NCBI RefSeq assembly: GCF_009914755.1
Contig: NC_060930.1
Source of the DNA: the human T2T-CHM13v2.0 reference genome, Homo sapiens
DNA: 64,000 bases
Strand: one strand, 5' to 3'
Shown here: piece by piece, positions 13,410-27,216 of the stretch
How the letters are laid out: each line of letters opens with the position of its first letter
How positions within the stretch are numbered: position 1 is the stretch's first letter
Translations under genes and position numbers: made by a program
Notes under the pieces: generated by a model
Seen by the model: the letters and a program-made list of their open reading frames with translations, nothing else
What the model was told of the DNA's origin: nothing
The model's database searches: none

Positions 13410-13952
13410 TGTGGCTCCTGTGTCGGGGCCGTGGTGTGTCTGTTGGGCCCTATGTGGCTCCCGTGTCGGGCCTGGCTGTGGCTCCCATGTCTGGCCCTGC
13501 TCTGGTTCCCATGTCCGGGACCCACCGTGGCTCCCGTGTCGGGCCTGGCCGTGGCTCCCATGTCTGGCCCTGCTCTGGTTCTCATGTCCGGGACCCACCG
13601 TGGCTCCCGTGTCGGGCCTGGCCGTGGCTCCCATGTCTGGCCCTGCACTGGTTCTCATGTCCGGGACCCACCGTGGCTCCCGTGTCGGGCCTGGCCGTGG
13701 CTCCCATGTCTGGCCCTGCTCTGGTTCCCATGTCCGGGACCCACCGTGGCTCCCGTGTCGGGCCTGGCCGTGGCTCCCATGTCTGGCCCTGCTCTGGTTC
13801 CCATGTCCGGGACCCACCGTGGCTCCCGTGTCGGGCCTGGCTGTGGCTCCCATGTCTGGCCCTGCTCTGGTTCCCATGTCCGGGACCCACCGTGGCTCCC
13901 GTGTCGGGCCTGGCTGTGGCTCCCATGTCAGGCCCTGATGTGGCTCCCGTGT
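13410..13952. repeat. GC-rich 73-bp VNTR built from three ~24-bp related monomers
   Basis: CCCACC recurs at 13521 and 13594 (period 73); monomers GTGGCTCCCGTGTCGGGCCTGGCC / GTGGCTCCCATGTCTGGCCCTGCT / CTGGTTCCCATGTCCGGGACCCACC; about 6.5 copies. Confidence 0.95.
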
Positions 13953-14338
13953 CTGAGCCTTGCTGGAATTCTTCCCTCTGCTTGAGCTGCATCTCTCTTA
14001 GCTCCTGTGCCTCCCACACATCCTTCAGGACGGCTTCCTCAGGATGCCCAGGCGGCCGGCCACTCACATGCACCTGTCCAGCTTGTTCCCACCTGGGGGG
14101 GCACAGCGTGTGGTGTGGGTGTGGACTCTGCCCCGTGCCTCACAGGGTCCCTGGGGAGGTGGAGACTGCACCTCCATGTTCCCGGCATCCGCGAGGTGGA
14201 ACGAAGGATGTAGGCAGTTTTCTTTTCCTACTAGAAGACTTTTTGGCTAAGTGATACTGGTAAGCTTTGACTTACTAGCCATGTGGTTTTGCTTATCTAG
14301 GGCCCCGCAGCACTGGTCTTGAATGGGCTTTCCAGTGT

Positions 14339-14812
14339 GGGGAGAGGGTGACCCCAGCCTTTACCTGAAGAGTGCTGGGTTCGTGATCTCCATCGGGGAG
14401 AGGGTGACTGCAGCCTTTACTCAAACAGCAGCGCTGGGTTCGTGATCTCCATCAGGGGAGAGGGTGACCCCAGCCTTTACTCAAACAGCAGCGCTGGGTT
14501 CGTGATCTCCATCAGGGGAGAGGGTGACCCCAACCTTTACTCAAACAGCAGCACTGGGTTCGTGATCTCCATCAGGGGAGAGGGTGACCCCAGCCTTTAC
14601 CTGAAGAGCAGTGCTGGGTTCGTGATCTCCATCGGGGAGAGGGTGACCGCAGCCTTTACTCAAACAGCAGTGCTGGGTTCATGATCTCCATCGGGGAGAG
14701 GGTGACCCCAGCCTTTACTCAAACAGCAGCGCTGGGTTCGTGATCTCCATCAGGGGAGAGGGTGACCCCAGCCTTTACTCAAACAGCAGCACTGGGTTCG
14801 TGATCTCCATCA
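14339..14812. repeat. 60-bp VNTR, about 8 copies
   Basis: GGGGAGAGGGTGACCCCAGCCTTTACTCAAACAGCAGCGCTGGGTTCGTGATCTCCATCA units. Confidence 0.95.
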
Positions 14813-15776
14813 GTCCTCAGGGCCCCTTCTGCTGAGTGAGAGGGGAAAAAGCCAGAACAGTCCCTTGCTTGCCTCAGCTGCGGCACCGGCTCCATTTGTG
14901 ATTCAGGCTCGTAGGCCCTCGGCGCGGCAATGCAAGAGGCCATCGGCACAACCTTGGCAGAGAGGAGATGCAGGCGAAAGACAGAGGTGCAGGGAGATGC
15001 ACCTGTCCAGAGCAGAGCAGGCCCAGTCGCCGGCAGGTTCAGGGCAGGAGCATCGGCCAAGGAGAGTTGGCTCGAAAACTTACAATGGAGACTTTGATCT
15101 AAAGTGAAGTCAAAATAAGTGATTTCATGGCCTAGAGTGCAGGGTTTCCTCTCACCTTTCCTGATCATGCAATTGTGTCTTTCACTCTCGGATACGGTTT
15201 TCCGGCTGACTCTCATTCTCAGGACCAATCGTATTCGAATGAGCAGACTGGCTTTCCTCTGGGCGTTGCTTCATTTCAGTCTACACTGGCAGGGAACGCT
15301 CACGTTTTCGTCATTGTGACGATCTGCGCTGCGTGCAGTCTGATCTCACTCTCAGGCACTGTGGTCCAGGCCACCCCAAAGGCAGCACAGGAGCTGGGCC
15401 CTGGGGGTCAGGAAGGTGCAGGGGAAGTCTGACGTATCCTGTGAGCCATTCCTTCCTCCACCAGCTCAGGTGAAAACAGCACTGTCTTTCTGTGGGTGTC
15501 CTGATGTTGGTGGTTCAGCAGTGGCACCAGTGTGAGGACAGAGGGGGCGGCATGAGGAGCCCCTTGGGGAGCCTGGGCATGGCCCCTCTGTTACTGCCCT
15601 GTCCCCCAAGCCAGGGTCCTCTCCTGGATCCCCAGAGCTCTTCCGCCTGGCACACAGTCTAAGAAATGGTCTTTATTTTGGTCAAACAGCCTCTCACCCA
15701 AGTGTTTCTGGAAGCTCTATGGACCCAGCAGACTTCATGAATGGTCAAGGCCTCTCCCTAAAGGGCATGGCACAGT

Positions 15777-18005
15777 GCCTCTTCACATCTACAGCCAGCA
15801 CAGGGGGCCTCTTCACACCTACAGCCAGCACATGGAGCCTCTTCACACCTACAGCCAGCACAGGGCCTCTTCACACCTACAGCCAGCACAGGGCCTCTTC
15901 ACACCTACAGCCAGCACAGGGGGCCTCTTCACACCTACAGCCAGCACAGGGCCTCTTCTCCTAGAGCCAGCACAGGACCTCTTCACACCTACAGCCAGCA
16001 CAGGGGGCCTCTTCACACCTACAGCCAGCACAGGACCTCTTCACACCTACAGCCAGCACAGGGGGCCTCTTCACACCTACAGCCAGCACAGGGCCTCTTC
16101 ACACCTACAGCCAGCACAGGGGGCCTCTTCACACCTACAGCCAGCACAGGGCCTCTTCACACCTACAGCCAGCACAGGGGGCCTCTTCACACCTACAGCC
16201 AGCAGGGGGCCTCTTCACACCTACAGCCAGCACAGGGCCTCTTCATACCTACAGCCAGCACATGGAGCCTCTTCACACCTACAGCCAGCACAGGGGGCCT
16301 CTTCACACCTACAGCCAGCACAGGGGGCCTCTTCACACCTACAGCCAGCACAGAGCCTCTTCACACCTACAGCCAGCACATGGAGCCTCTTCACACCTAC
16401 AGCCAGCACAGGGCCTCTTTATACCTACAGCCAGCACAGGGCCTCTTCACACCTACAGCCAGCACAGGGCCTCTTCATACCTACAGCCAGCACAGGACCT
16501 CTTCATACCTACAGCCAGCACAGGGCCTCTTCATACCTACAGCCAGCACAGGGCCTCTTTATACCTACAGCCAGCACAGGGCCTCTTCACACCTACAGCC
16601 AGCACATGGAGCCTCTTCACACCTACAGCCAGCACAGGGCCTCTTCACACCTACAGCCAGCACAGGGCCTCTTCATACCTACAGCCAGCACAGGGGGCCT
16701 CTTCACACCTACAGCCAGCACAGGGGGCCTCTTCACACCTACAGCCAGCACAGGGTCTCTTCATACTTACAGCCGGCACAGGGCCTCTTTACATCTACAG
16801 CCAGCACAGGGCCTCTTCATACCTACAGCCAGCACAGGGGGCCTCTTCACACCTACAGCCAGCACAGGGCCTCTTCACACCTACAGCCAGCACAGGGCCT
16901 CTTCACACCTACAGCCAGCACATGGAGCCTCTTCACACCTACAGCCAGCACAGGGCCTCTTCACACCTACAGCCAGCACAGGGCCTCTTCAGACCTACAG
17001 CCAGCACAGGGCCTCTTCATACCTACAGCCAGCACAGGGCCTCTTCACACCTACAGCCAGCACAGGGCCTCTTCACACCTACAGCCAGCACAGGGGGCCT
17101 CTTCACACCTACAGCCAGCACAGGGGGCCTCTTCACACCTACAGCCAGCACAGGACCTCTTCACACCTACAGCCAGCACAGGGCCTCTTCACACCTACAG
17201 CCAGCACAGGGCCTCTTCATACCTACAGCCAGCACAGGGCCTCTTCACATCTACAGCCAGCACAGGGCCTCTTCATACTTACAGCCGGCACAGGGCCTCT
17301 TCACACCTACAGCCAGCACAGGGGGCCTCTTTACATCTACAGCCAGCACAGGGCCTCTTCATACCTACAGCCAGCACAGGGCCTCTTCATACCTACAGCC
17401 AGCACAGGGCCTCTTTATACCTACAGCCAGCACGGGGCCTCTTCACACCTACAGCCAGCACGGGGCCTTTTCACACCTACAGCCAGCATGGGGCCTCTTC
17501 ACACCTACAGCCAGCACAGGGCCTCTTCACACCTACAGCCAGCACAGGGGGCCTCTTCACACCTACAGCCAGCACAGGGCCTCTTCACACCTACAGCCAG
17601 CACACGGCCTCTTCACACCTACAGCCAGCACAGGGTCTCTTCATCTTCATACTTACAGCCGGCACAGGGCCTCTTTACATCTACAGCCAGCACAGGGCCT
17701 CTTCATACCTACAGCCAGCACAGGGGGCCTCTTCACACCTACAGCCAGCACAGGGCCTCTTCACACCTACAGCCAGCACAGGGCCTCTTCACACCTACAG
17801 CCAGCACATGGAGCCTCTTCACACCTACAGCCAGCACAGGGCCTCTTCACACCTACAGCCAGCACAGGGGGCCTCTTCATACCTACAGCCAGCACAGGGC
17901 CTCTTCACACCTACAGCCAGCACAGGGCCTCTTCACACCTACAGCCAGCACAGGGGGCCTCTTCATACCTACAGCCAGCACAGGGTCTCTTCACATCTAC
18001 AGCCA
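15777..18005. repeat. Large 28/30-bp minisatellite (about 2.2 kb, roughly 75-80 units)
   Basis: CCTCTTCACACCTACAGCCAGCACAGGG(GG) with interspersed variant units (CATGGAG, CATACC, TTTATAC, CCGGCA). Confidence 0.98.
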
Positions 18006-20540
18006 GGAGCATCTTTTTTCTTGGGGCCCCAAGCAATTGCTGGCATAATTATCGTCTTTGACTCATGTAGAAACCTTAGAGGCAACACCTGGATTTTTCA
18101 GACACGATTTTAGCACTATTCTAATTTTTTGAAGATTAGTTATGGTTTTCTGAGAGAGCATAAAATGAACCTTACCTTGCCCTAAGTGGAGCTTAGGACA
18201 TTTTCCAAAAGGTAGTTAGATCAGGAGCAACACATTCCTGCCAGGTATCATGTGACATGTAAGGACCTCGGTGTTTACCTTTTCTACAAAGCAGACAGGA
18301 GCCGGCCAGGACCTCGCTTGGTGGCCTTTGAGAGCCTCACAAAGGTGACACGAGGTGTCAATATTCTGCCCACTAAAAATGTCTACTTCTGTGATCCCTG
18401 CTGTCATATCAAAGACTGAATTTACAGACACGAGTCTTCTAAATTTTAGCTGAGCTGGGAACAAAGCTTCAGGCTTTAGAAACATACTACTGTAATTCTG
18501 GGGATGTGAGTAGTTAGGTGAGCTATCTGCACTCTGTGTCCATACAGGCTCACGCCAGAACCAGCTGCTCAGGGCACAGGCTCAGACTCTCCATGACCCA
18601 TGAGGCTGGGACGAGGACTGGGTGTTGAGGAGGCTGGGATGCGAGGCTGTCTGTGAGAGAGGATTTTTAACCTGGCATTCTGCTTTTGAGAGCTGTCTGG
18701 TGGCATGATACCTAAAGAACATCAACTCAGCCTCATGGGTAGGGCTGGGGAGTCCCAGATATGGCAAGAGACCGTTCCACATGGCACCACTTGGAAGAGA
18801 GAGCTGAATCTACATTATTTTATTTTTTGACCACTAAGTTGGATGTCTAAATATGAAATTTGCCCATGAATAAGATTAGTAACACTTTTGAAGGAAATTG
18901 CAGTTTTTAGGAAGCGTAACAGTGAAATGGACCATTAAATCAGTTTTATTGAGAAAAGACTGCTGCAAATAAAAACTCAGAAAAACCACACATATAATTG
19001 CCATCCCAGAGGCATCATAAGACAGGAAGAGCAGGGACAAGGGGTGCCGAGGAGTCAAGCGGTTGGGAAAAGGTGGTTTTCAAGAACCGGTGTCTGTGGA
19101 GCATCCCGAGATGCCGCTGCACTGCGGGGGGGTTGCAGGGAGCTCCTCCAGCAGCTGAGGGAGCCCACGCAGGTGCAGGGACACAGGTGAAGTGAGCGTT
19201 TCACTCAGCGCTTGCCTTTTCTCCTGGGAAAGAAAGTGGACAGGATGCACCCTGCAGAGGGCACCGGAGAGATGAGAACTAAGAAGGAGCGATATGGCTA
19301 CTCTTGCAGCAAGGCCAGCAGAATTCTCAGTGGGATTTTATTACAATATTTCTTTTGGCTGATATTTTGTCTTCATGTTTGAGAGTAAGGAGACATTGGA
19401 GGTTTGGGGGAATGTGGGAATTCATCATTCTCAAAAAAACAAGAACAGGAATAGAGAAATTAAATAAATAAAGGCGTTTTATTTTCCTCAACATGTAGAG
19501 GAAAGACTAACAAATGTCTAATTATGTACAGGAGGGTGCTGGGCGCTTTTTCTGTTTATTAATTGATACTTCAACAGCTGAGTGTGAATAACTGAGCAGG
19601 GTGGCTGTTTCTCACCGACGTGGCTGAGCAGGAGCTTTTCTCACACCCAAGGACGGGTCTCCCAGGGGCCCAGGGCACTGCATTCGTGGACTCTGAAGAC
19701 GGGGCAGGAAGCTGGAGCTATAGTTTCTCCCATGACCTTTCAAGCAAAAGTTTAGGACTCTGATGGGCCAGGGGCACTCCACTCTTGTCCCGCACTCACA
19801 TCCGCTTGGACAAGTCCTGTCTCTGCTCCAAGCTCTCTTGCATCTCGCTGGCTGCCCCACTGCTTCCTCCAGGCGAGTTTCCAAATAGACTGTAAGTAGA
19901 TTCTGATCCCCATCCATGCAGCAAGAAGAGGTGTCTGGAAACCCCAGATCTGGCCTGTATTGCTTCCCATCATCAGGGTCTCCTGGCTCCAGATTAAATG
20001 TGAACTGCTTGTTGTGACCGATGGGGCCCCTCCTGGCCTTACCCCAGTGCATTTTCTGTTTTCTTCTCTCCGCCATGCATGGGACTGTATCTCGCCTGAT
20101 TGCATGGCCTACTTGGAGAGGCGGGGGTCGCGTCCAGCACCTCGCTGAGGGGCCATGCCTCCAGCACACAGGACACAGGTCATTTCCCTGAGAGGCATGC
20201 TGACATGGATTGCCAGGTTTATGGGGTCTGCCAGGGATAAAATAATCTGAGATTTTTAACCCACCCATTTATTTCCCATCCAAGAAAACGGATCTGTCCT
20301 ATGGCGTGTTATTAGCCGCAAGGCTGCCTGCATGGGAGTGGCCTGGACCATCGCCCCAGGGCCCAGTGCTCCAACAGGACCCTCGGTTTATTGCTGTGCT
20401 ATCACCACGATGAAATAATTAATTTTTAAACGCGAGGCCTCCGTGCTCCATTTTGCACTGAGCCCTACAAACAAGCCGATCATGATTAGTAACAACACAC
20501 AGCTTGCAATTCACTGGGCATCCAATGGCAAAGAGCCAGC

Positions 20541-20880
20541 GTAGTGGCATTAAGAGGCGAGTCAAGGAGAGGCAGGTAGTGGCATTAAGAGGAGAGTGGA
20601 GGAGAGGCAGGTAGTGGCATTAAGAGGAGAGTGGAGGAAAGGCGGGTAGTGGCATTAGGAGAGTGGAGGAGAGGCGGGTAGTGGCATTAGGAGAGTGGAG
20701 GAGAGGTGGGTAGTGGCATTAGGAGAGTGGAGGAGAGGCGGGTAGTGGCATTAAAAGGAGAGTCGAGGAGAGGTGGGTAGTGGCATTAAAACGAGGGTCG
20801 AGAGGTGGGTAGTGGCATTAAGAGGAGAGTTGAGGAGAGGCAGGTAGTGGCATTAAGAGGCGAGTCAAGGAGAGGTGGTA
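20541..20880. repeat. Purine-rich 35/32-bp minisatellite, about 10 copies
   Basis: GTAGTGGCATTAAGAGGAGAGTGGAGGAGAGGCAG at 20541, 20576, 20611 and onward. Confidence 0.93.
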
Positions 20881-23737
20881 AAAGAGTTAAGACAAGGCCA
20901 GGGAATGACGATGGAAGGGCTAGGAATGTCCCGCATGGGGTGAGCACAGATGCAGACAGGAAGACGGTGCGCTCAGGACGTCAGTAGCCCAGCTTAGGCG
21001 ATGGGGAAGGTGACATCGTCTCCTGCAGGGACTATGGGCTCTCGACGCAGCAGGCACACGGGCATCCGGTCTGGGAGAGACAGCGATGGCGGGAAAGCTG
21101 GAGTGCCCTTCAGTCACTACTCCACAGACTCCACTAAACTGGGAACCAATTTCTGAAATTATGGGCTTCATTTTATTTGTTTATTCAATATAATAGGACA
21201 ATAAATATCTTAATCTTAAAATACCCAGGAATTTGCTAGAATATCAGAGAACCAAGTGTTAGATGACCTATGACCTGACACAAAATGACCCTCAGCACGG
21301 ATCGGAGAACTTGAGTTCTGAGCAGCGCCGGTGACCGCAACAGCACATTGTTGAGTTATTTTAGAAGCAATGTGGCTTGTTTTCGTTTATGGTTTCCTTT
21401 AGAGCCAGATTTTTAAAGATAAAGTGCCATTTAAAAAATTCCCAAAGACAGCAGGGAGCATTCTGAACGACAACAGGACAGTCAGCTCTGGCCAGTTTAG
21501 CCTGCGTTACTTTGAAAGTTATGATTATGCAGAAGAGAGATGGAATAAAGTTTAGATTTACGTTCATCATGAAAAAGGCATCTGCCAGACAAATTAATAG
21601 TGTAAGCAATATTTCAGAGACAGTTTAAATAACTTGAGAACAAACTGGTCTCCAACACTATCAAATATATTAAATTAATTTCTAAACAATTGTTATTCTA
21701 TTGCAAATAATTCCTAACTCTATTAAAGCAGTTTATCCTAAATGATTAACTACTTTAAAAGCCTTCCAAGTACGGTATACACTTAAAAATAACAAGTATG
21801 CTTTTAACTGGCCTACAGTGGTTAGTTTAGACTTCCCTCCTATCTTTTCTGAATTGATTGAGGCTCTACCATAATCAAATTAAAACCTCCTATAACGCAA
21901 GTCTCACTTACTTCCTGTTTGCCGCTGACTCAGGCAGGAAACCACCGTGGTACTCCTGAAAGCGCCCTTCTTTCTCAGAGGCTGTGCACTTCAGGTGAGA
22001 CCACAGTGAGGCCAGTCCGGACAGAGGGGACTCTGCCTGGAGTCGGAAGGTCTCCACAGCCAGCTGTCCCTTGTGTAGCCAGTGCCTGCCATGGTTAGAA
22101 AGCCCACAGCTTCAGTTTACACGCTCTGTGTCTTGTGGCCCTTTTACTCTACGTACCAGTCATGGTCACTGTGCTCCGGCAGGCCGTTGTCCAGCTCGCT
22201 CTCAAGGTTCCGGACACATGGGCTCTGTGCTCCTTGAGGTTGGCAGTCACTGCCTTCAGGTCTTCAGATCCCCTGCACCAGGTTGCTCAGGCATGAAACA
22301 CACAGCCCTACCTGCGTGTAATATTTGCCTGTGGTCTCTCCCCTCCACCAAACCAAGCAATTCAGATGCCTTGAGCGTTCTTTAGCTATCGGTATTTCAT
22401 CTCTTCACTGAATCATGTTTATTGTTTTCACTTGGAAGCGCTTATCTTCCTGATTCCCCTATGTCTTTAAACCCAACGCTGGCAGAATACTAAGACTGCA
22501 TGGTGCCTTCTCTGCTTTACCTTCTCATGAGAATTACAAATCCCTTTGTTTTCTAATTTTGCAAGCAAGTATTTATTACATGCCTGTTGCATAGGTGGTG
22601 CTTGCCAATGTTCTGGGAGATGCAAGTCAATAGAGATCCAGCTCCCGTACTCTGGAGCTGAGACCTGGCTGTGAGGATTGCAGGTTTATGACCCTGGGAT
22701 GAATGCTCTTGAACAAGAAAGCCACCTTATTTCAGTTTGAAATATTGGGAAAATGGAGACTGATATATAGGAAAATTTTCCCTATGTCTAAAAATATTAT
22801 GGTAGAATTCTTGTAAACTCTTTTCCAGACTTGTACCAATGTCAAGAACATTTCACCCTCACCCCAGATAGCACCCTTTGAGTCAGGGAACCGCAGACAG
22901 CATGGGCAGCATTGACACTGTGCAGAGAGAGGAGTGAACGTGAGAAATCACTTCTGCAGGAGAAATTAATTCCAAGGGGGATCAAGACAGGGAAAATCCA
23001 ATTATCCAGGTTGGATATTGGCCAGAGCACTGCGGTTATTACTTCTAGAATAAAGGCAAGACTAATAGAAATGGCCCAGCTGATAGGAGCAATTGAGTTA
23101 TGTTCTTCCTGATAATTCCTTAAGAATTTAATTGGACAGACTAAGGCTGCAGTGCCCAGATGCATCAGCCGCGTGTCAAACTCCTTGGACACCCTGGATG
23201 ACCAACCAAGGTCGAAAACTTCTCAAAACCTGGCTTGTGATGAATAACCACAGGCTATGGAAACCCCTAGGATGTTTTCTCAGACAGCATGATTTACTTT
23301 TTTTCTTAGTTCTCTTCTAACTTGTCAAATTAAGGACAATCTTTCGGAAACGTCAGAGGTTTCCCTCTGACAGAGAAGGATAAATGGACTGCCCATTAGT
23401 TGTTAATTCGCTTTGAGAAATTCCTGAGATAAATTGTTCAAGTGTAAATTTCAGCAGACACACTTTAGTGTTTTGAGTTTCTGTCCTATTTATGCATCTT
23501 TTCTCTACGCTTTTCCTGATGTAATCAACTTACTTGAAATGTATAATCCCCTTATTTCCAGAGGAGAATAGTATTAGTCCCAGTGTCAGATTTCTGATTT
23601 TAAAAATGTCTCCTAAGGAACACACATTATCTGCCATGAAGTGCTACTTTTTGGAGCAGTCTTTGATATGCTCTTTAAAAATGTATTTGAAGTCCATGTT
23701 TTATTTACAATTTTGCTCTGTTAAGTAGTAACCCGCT

Positions 23738-24102
23738 TGTACTAGTTTGTTTTCATGCTGCTATGAAGAAATACCCAAGATGGGGTAATTTATAAAGTTA
23801 AGAGGCTTAACTGATTCACAGTTCCACATGGCTGGGGAGGCCTCAGGAAACTTACAATCATGGCAGAAGGGAAAGCAAACATGTCCTTCTTCACATGGCA
23901 GCAGGAGAGAGAAGGGGAAGTGCCAGATGTTTATAAAACCATCAGATCTCACGCGGACTCACTCGCTATCTGGAGAACAGCATGGGGAAAACCACCCCCA
24001 TGGTCCAGTCACCTCCACCTGGTCCTACCTTTGACATGTGTAGATTATGGGATTACAATTCAAGGTGAGATCTGGGCGGGGACACAGAGCCAAACCATAT
24101 CA
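23738..24102 (-). mobile_element. THE1D/MSTA-type MaLR solo LTR, antisense
   Basis: Ends GGGACACAGAGCCAAACCATATCA (reverse complement of the MaLR LTR start); GCCTCAGGAAACTTACAATCATGGCAGAAGG core; near-TSD CCGCT/CCACT. Confidence 0.9.
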
Positions 24103-24182
24103 CCACTCATTGCGTTACACAGGGGTAAAATTGTTTATTCAAAGGCAGCAGAATAGCATTGTTGTCTTTGGAATTTCTCTAA

Positions 24183-24491
<309 letters not shown>

Positions 24492-24532
24492 TCTAGTGGA
24501 TAAATCTTTTTGAAGCAAAGAATGGAACAAAA

Positions 24533-24651
24533 TGAATCTTCTTCCACCATGTGGCTGCACAGGAGTATCAGAGCCTGTTCTGGCTTGGGAGGCTGCCGGA
24601 TTCATGAATTGTTCATTGTTCAATTAAACTCCTTTACATTAAAAAAAAAAA
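24533..24651 (+). mobile_element. MER57-type LTR R-region fragment ending in poly(A)
   Basis: Homologous to the reverse complement of about 44330-44440; ATTAAA at 24623-24628 then A11 at 24641-24651. Confidence 0.75.
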
Positions 24652-25551
24652 GACAAGGATAGTCCTGTGCCTCTCCTGGTGCCCGGCAAGTCTCCCCTTT
24701 GTTCTCGCCATGGCATGTTGTGTGTTGACATTACTCTTTATTGTTTAGAGCCCTGGCTTTTCTTGCACGTACCATTTCCTGACAGGCAGACCTAGAGTCC
24801 ATGTGTGCTCGGTTTCTTCCTGACCACTTAACTAACTCAGCAGAGGTGAGACTGTTGCCGTGTCAAGAAAGTGACAAGAGCAGGGCTGCCTGTCTTGTCT
24901 TCCCACTGCTATTTCCAAGCCCTTTCCACCCTGAGATGCCATTTCTCTAATCCACACTTCCACAGAGAGCCTCCTTCACAGGGGGGAAGCTGAGGTACAA
25001 AATGCTTTACTGCAAAAGTAGATGCCTTTTGTGCCTGGTGCCTGGCATCCATAGAAGGGACAAGGTACAGGACGTGCAAGGCCACTCTCGGAGACCGACA
25101 CCATGCCCACATTTCTCCAAGGAGAGGACAATCTGTAGAAAGCCGGATGTACTCGGGCTGAGTGTGGGATTGAACTTCCGAGCAGTCAGCCTTAGTGCAC
25201 ACTGGGAAGGGCATGCAGTGGTGTCTTTTCTGGAAGCCCCTCTGGGTAGGGGAGTTTCTGACTTCCGTAGCTTGTCCATCTGGACAGTGAGTTAGCTCTG
25301 CTGCTACATAAATTTAAGTAAGTGAGATGATCTGTTTAATTCTGTTCGTGCTCTATTGTCCAGGGTATCTCTATAGAAATGCTCTAAATATAGGAAGCCC
25401 AAGAAGATAGTAGAGATTGAGTCAGCAAACCAAGGTCAACATGCAATACTCTAAAAGGACAGAGCAGGCTGGAGGGCTGCGGGGATTCCAGTCAGGCCCA
25501 CTAAGGCATTTGGACCATGTCCTGCAAGGGTTTTGGCTGAGACATGGATAA

Positions 25552-26009
<458 letters not shown>

Positions 26010-26339
26010 TCACTTCGACAGCCTCCGGGACAGTGATTCAGAGATGCACAAGACTGGGGCAGCCAGAGTGGCTGATGCGTGCTGAGGCCTGGGCTGTCGG
26101 TGCAGTGGCTGTGGGGATGGCAGAGGAAGGGAGGAGGGAGAGAGGCGCGCTCACCTGCTGGAGGTCACAGAGCCTGGCGGCTGGGTGGGGCATCGCCGCA
26201 GAGGAGGCTCCTGCAGCTCAGGGGCGCTCACCCGAGTGGCTGCACGGATGCACAGAAGCCCCTGACTTCCCACAGGGCCGTTCTTAGGACCAAATGGAGA
26301 CAGTAACAGGGTCAACAACCACCACCACAACATTCAAAA

Positions 26340-26445
26340 TGGCAAATATTTACTGAGAACTTAGACGGTGTCAGCCTAGGTGCTTTCCCTATATGAGTTC
26401 ATTTACGACTCATGACAGTGCTGTGAGGAAGTGTTATTGATTTGT
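26340..26445 (-). mobile_element. MIR remnant
   Basis: ATATTTACTGAGAACTTA...GTGCTTT...CATTTACGACTCATGACAGTGCTGTGAGGAAG resembles the antisense MIR core. Confidence 0.5.
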
Positions 26446-26710
26446 TCATAGATTAGTGGATTGATATTAAAGACACCACCCTCTGTAACTTAGTTTCACT
26501 CAGTGCTGTGGTGACCTATCCAACCCACATGGAAGCTAATCTGAGCTGCATGTGAACACGCACATATGTAGACGAAGCTCGCTAGAGAAACATTCTGTAC
26601 AATAAAGTACTCGTTGAAAGGCAGGCTTATGTGGAGTACCTTCTGCAATCTATTATTGAAGGAACTAGAAGAGAATTGTTATGAAGTTGTCCTCTCATGT
26701 AATGGAGCAC

Positions 26711-27216
26711 AAAGACACACAGACACAGATGACAACAATACAGATTCACACATAGACACAGACACATGCACACACACACTGACATACAGAAACACACACA
26801 CAGATACACAGACACAGATGTGCACAGACACACAGAGACACAGACACAGACAACAGTACAAATTCACACACAGACACAGACGCACACACACACTGACATA
26901 AACACACATAGATACAGATGTACACGGACACACAGACACAGACACACAGACACAATACAGATTCACACACACTCACAGACACATGCACACAGACACAACA
27001 ATACAGATACACACAGACACATGCACACAGACACACATTGACATACAGAAACACACAGACACAGGCACACAGACACACACACATTCACAGAAACACACAC
27101 ACAAATACAGATACATAAACACACATGTACACAGACACACAGATCCCCACACACAGACACACAAACACATGCACTCACACAGACACATGCACACCACCAC
27201 CACCACCACCAGCACC
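26711..27216. repeat. (CAGACA/CA)n low-complexity tract followed by (CCA)n
   Basis: ACACAGACACAGAT motifs with internal block duplications; CACCACCAC at the 3' end. Confidence 0.93.

Noticed and set aside
13065-14254. Multiple 160-300 aa ORFs on both strands
   Set aside because: Translation of the GC-rich 73-bp VNTR.
15775-18113. 757, 599 and 577 aa ORFs
   Set aside because: Overlapping ORFs in all three frames arise from a stop-free tandem repeat inside an intron; no domain or gene structure.
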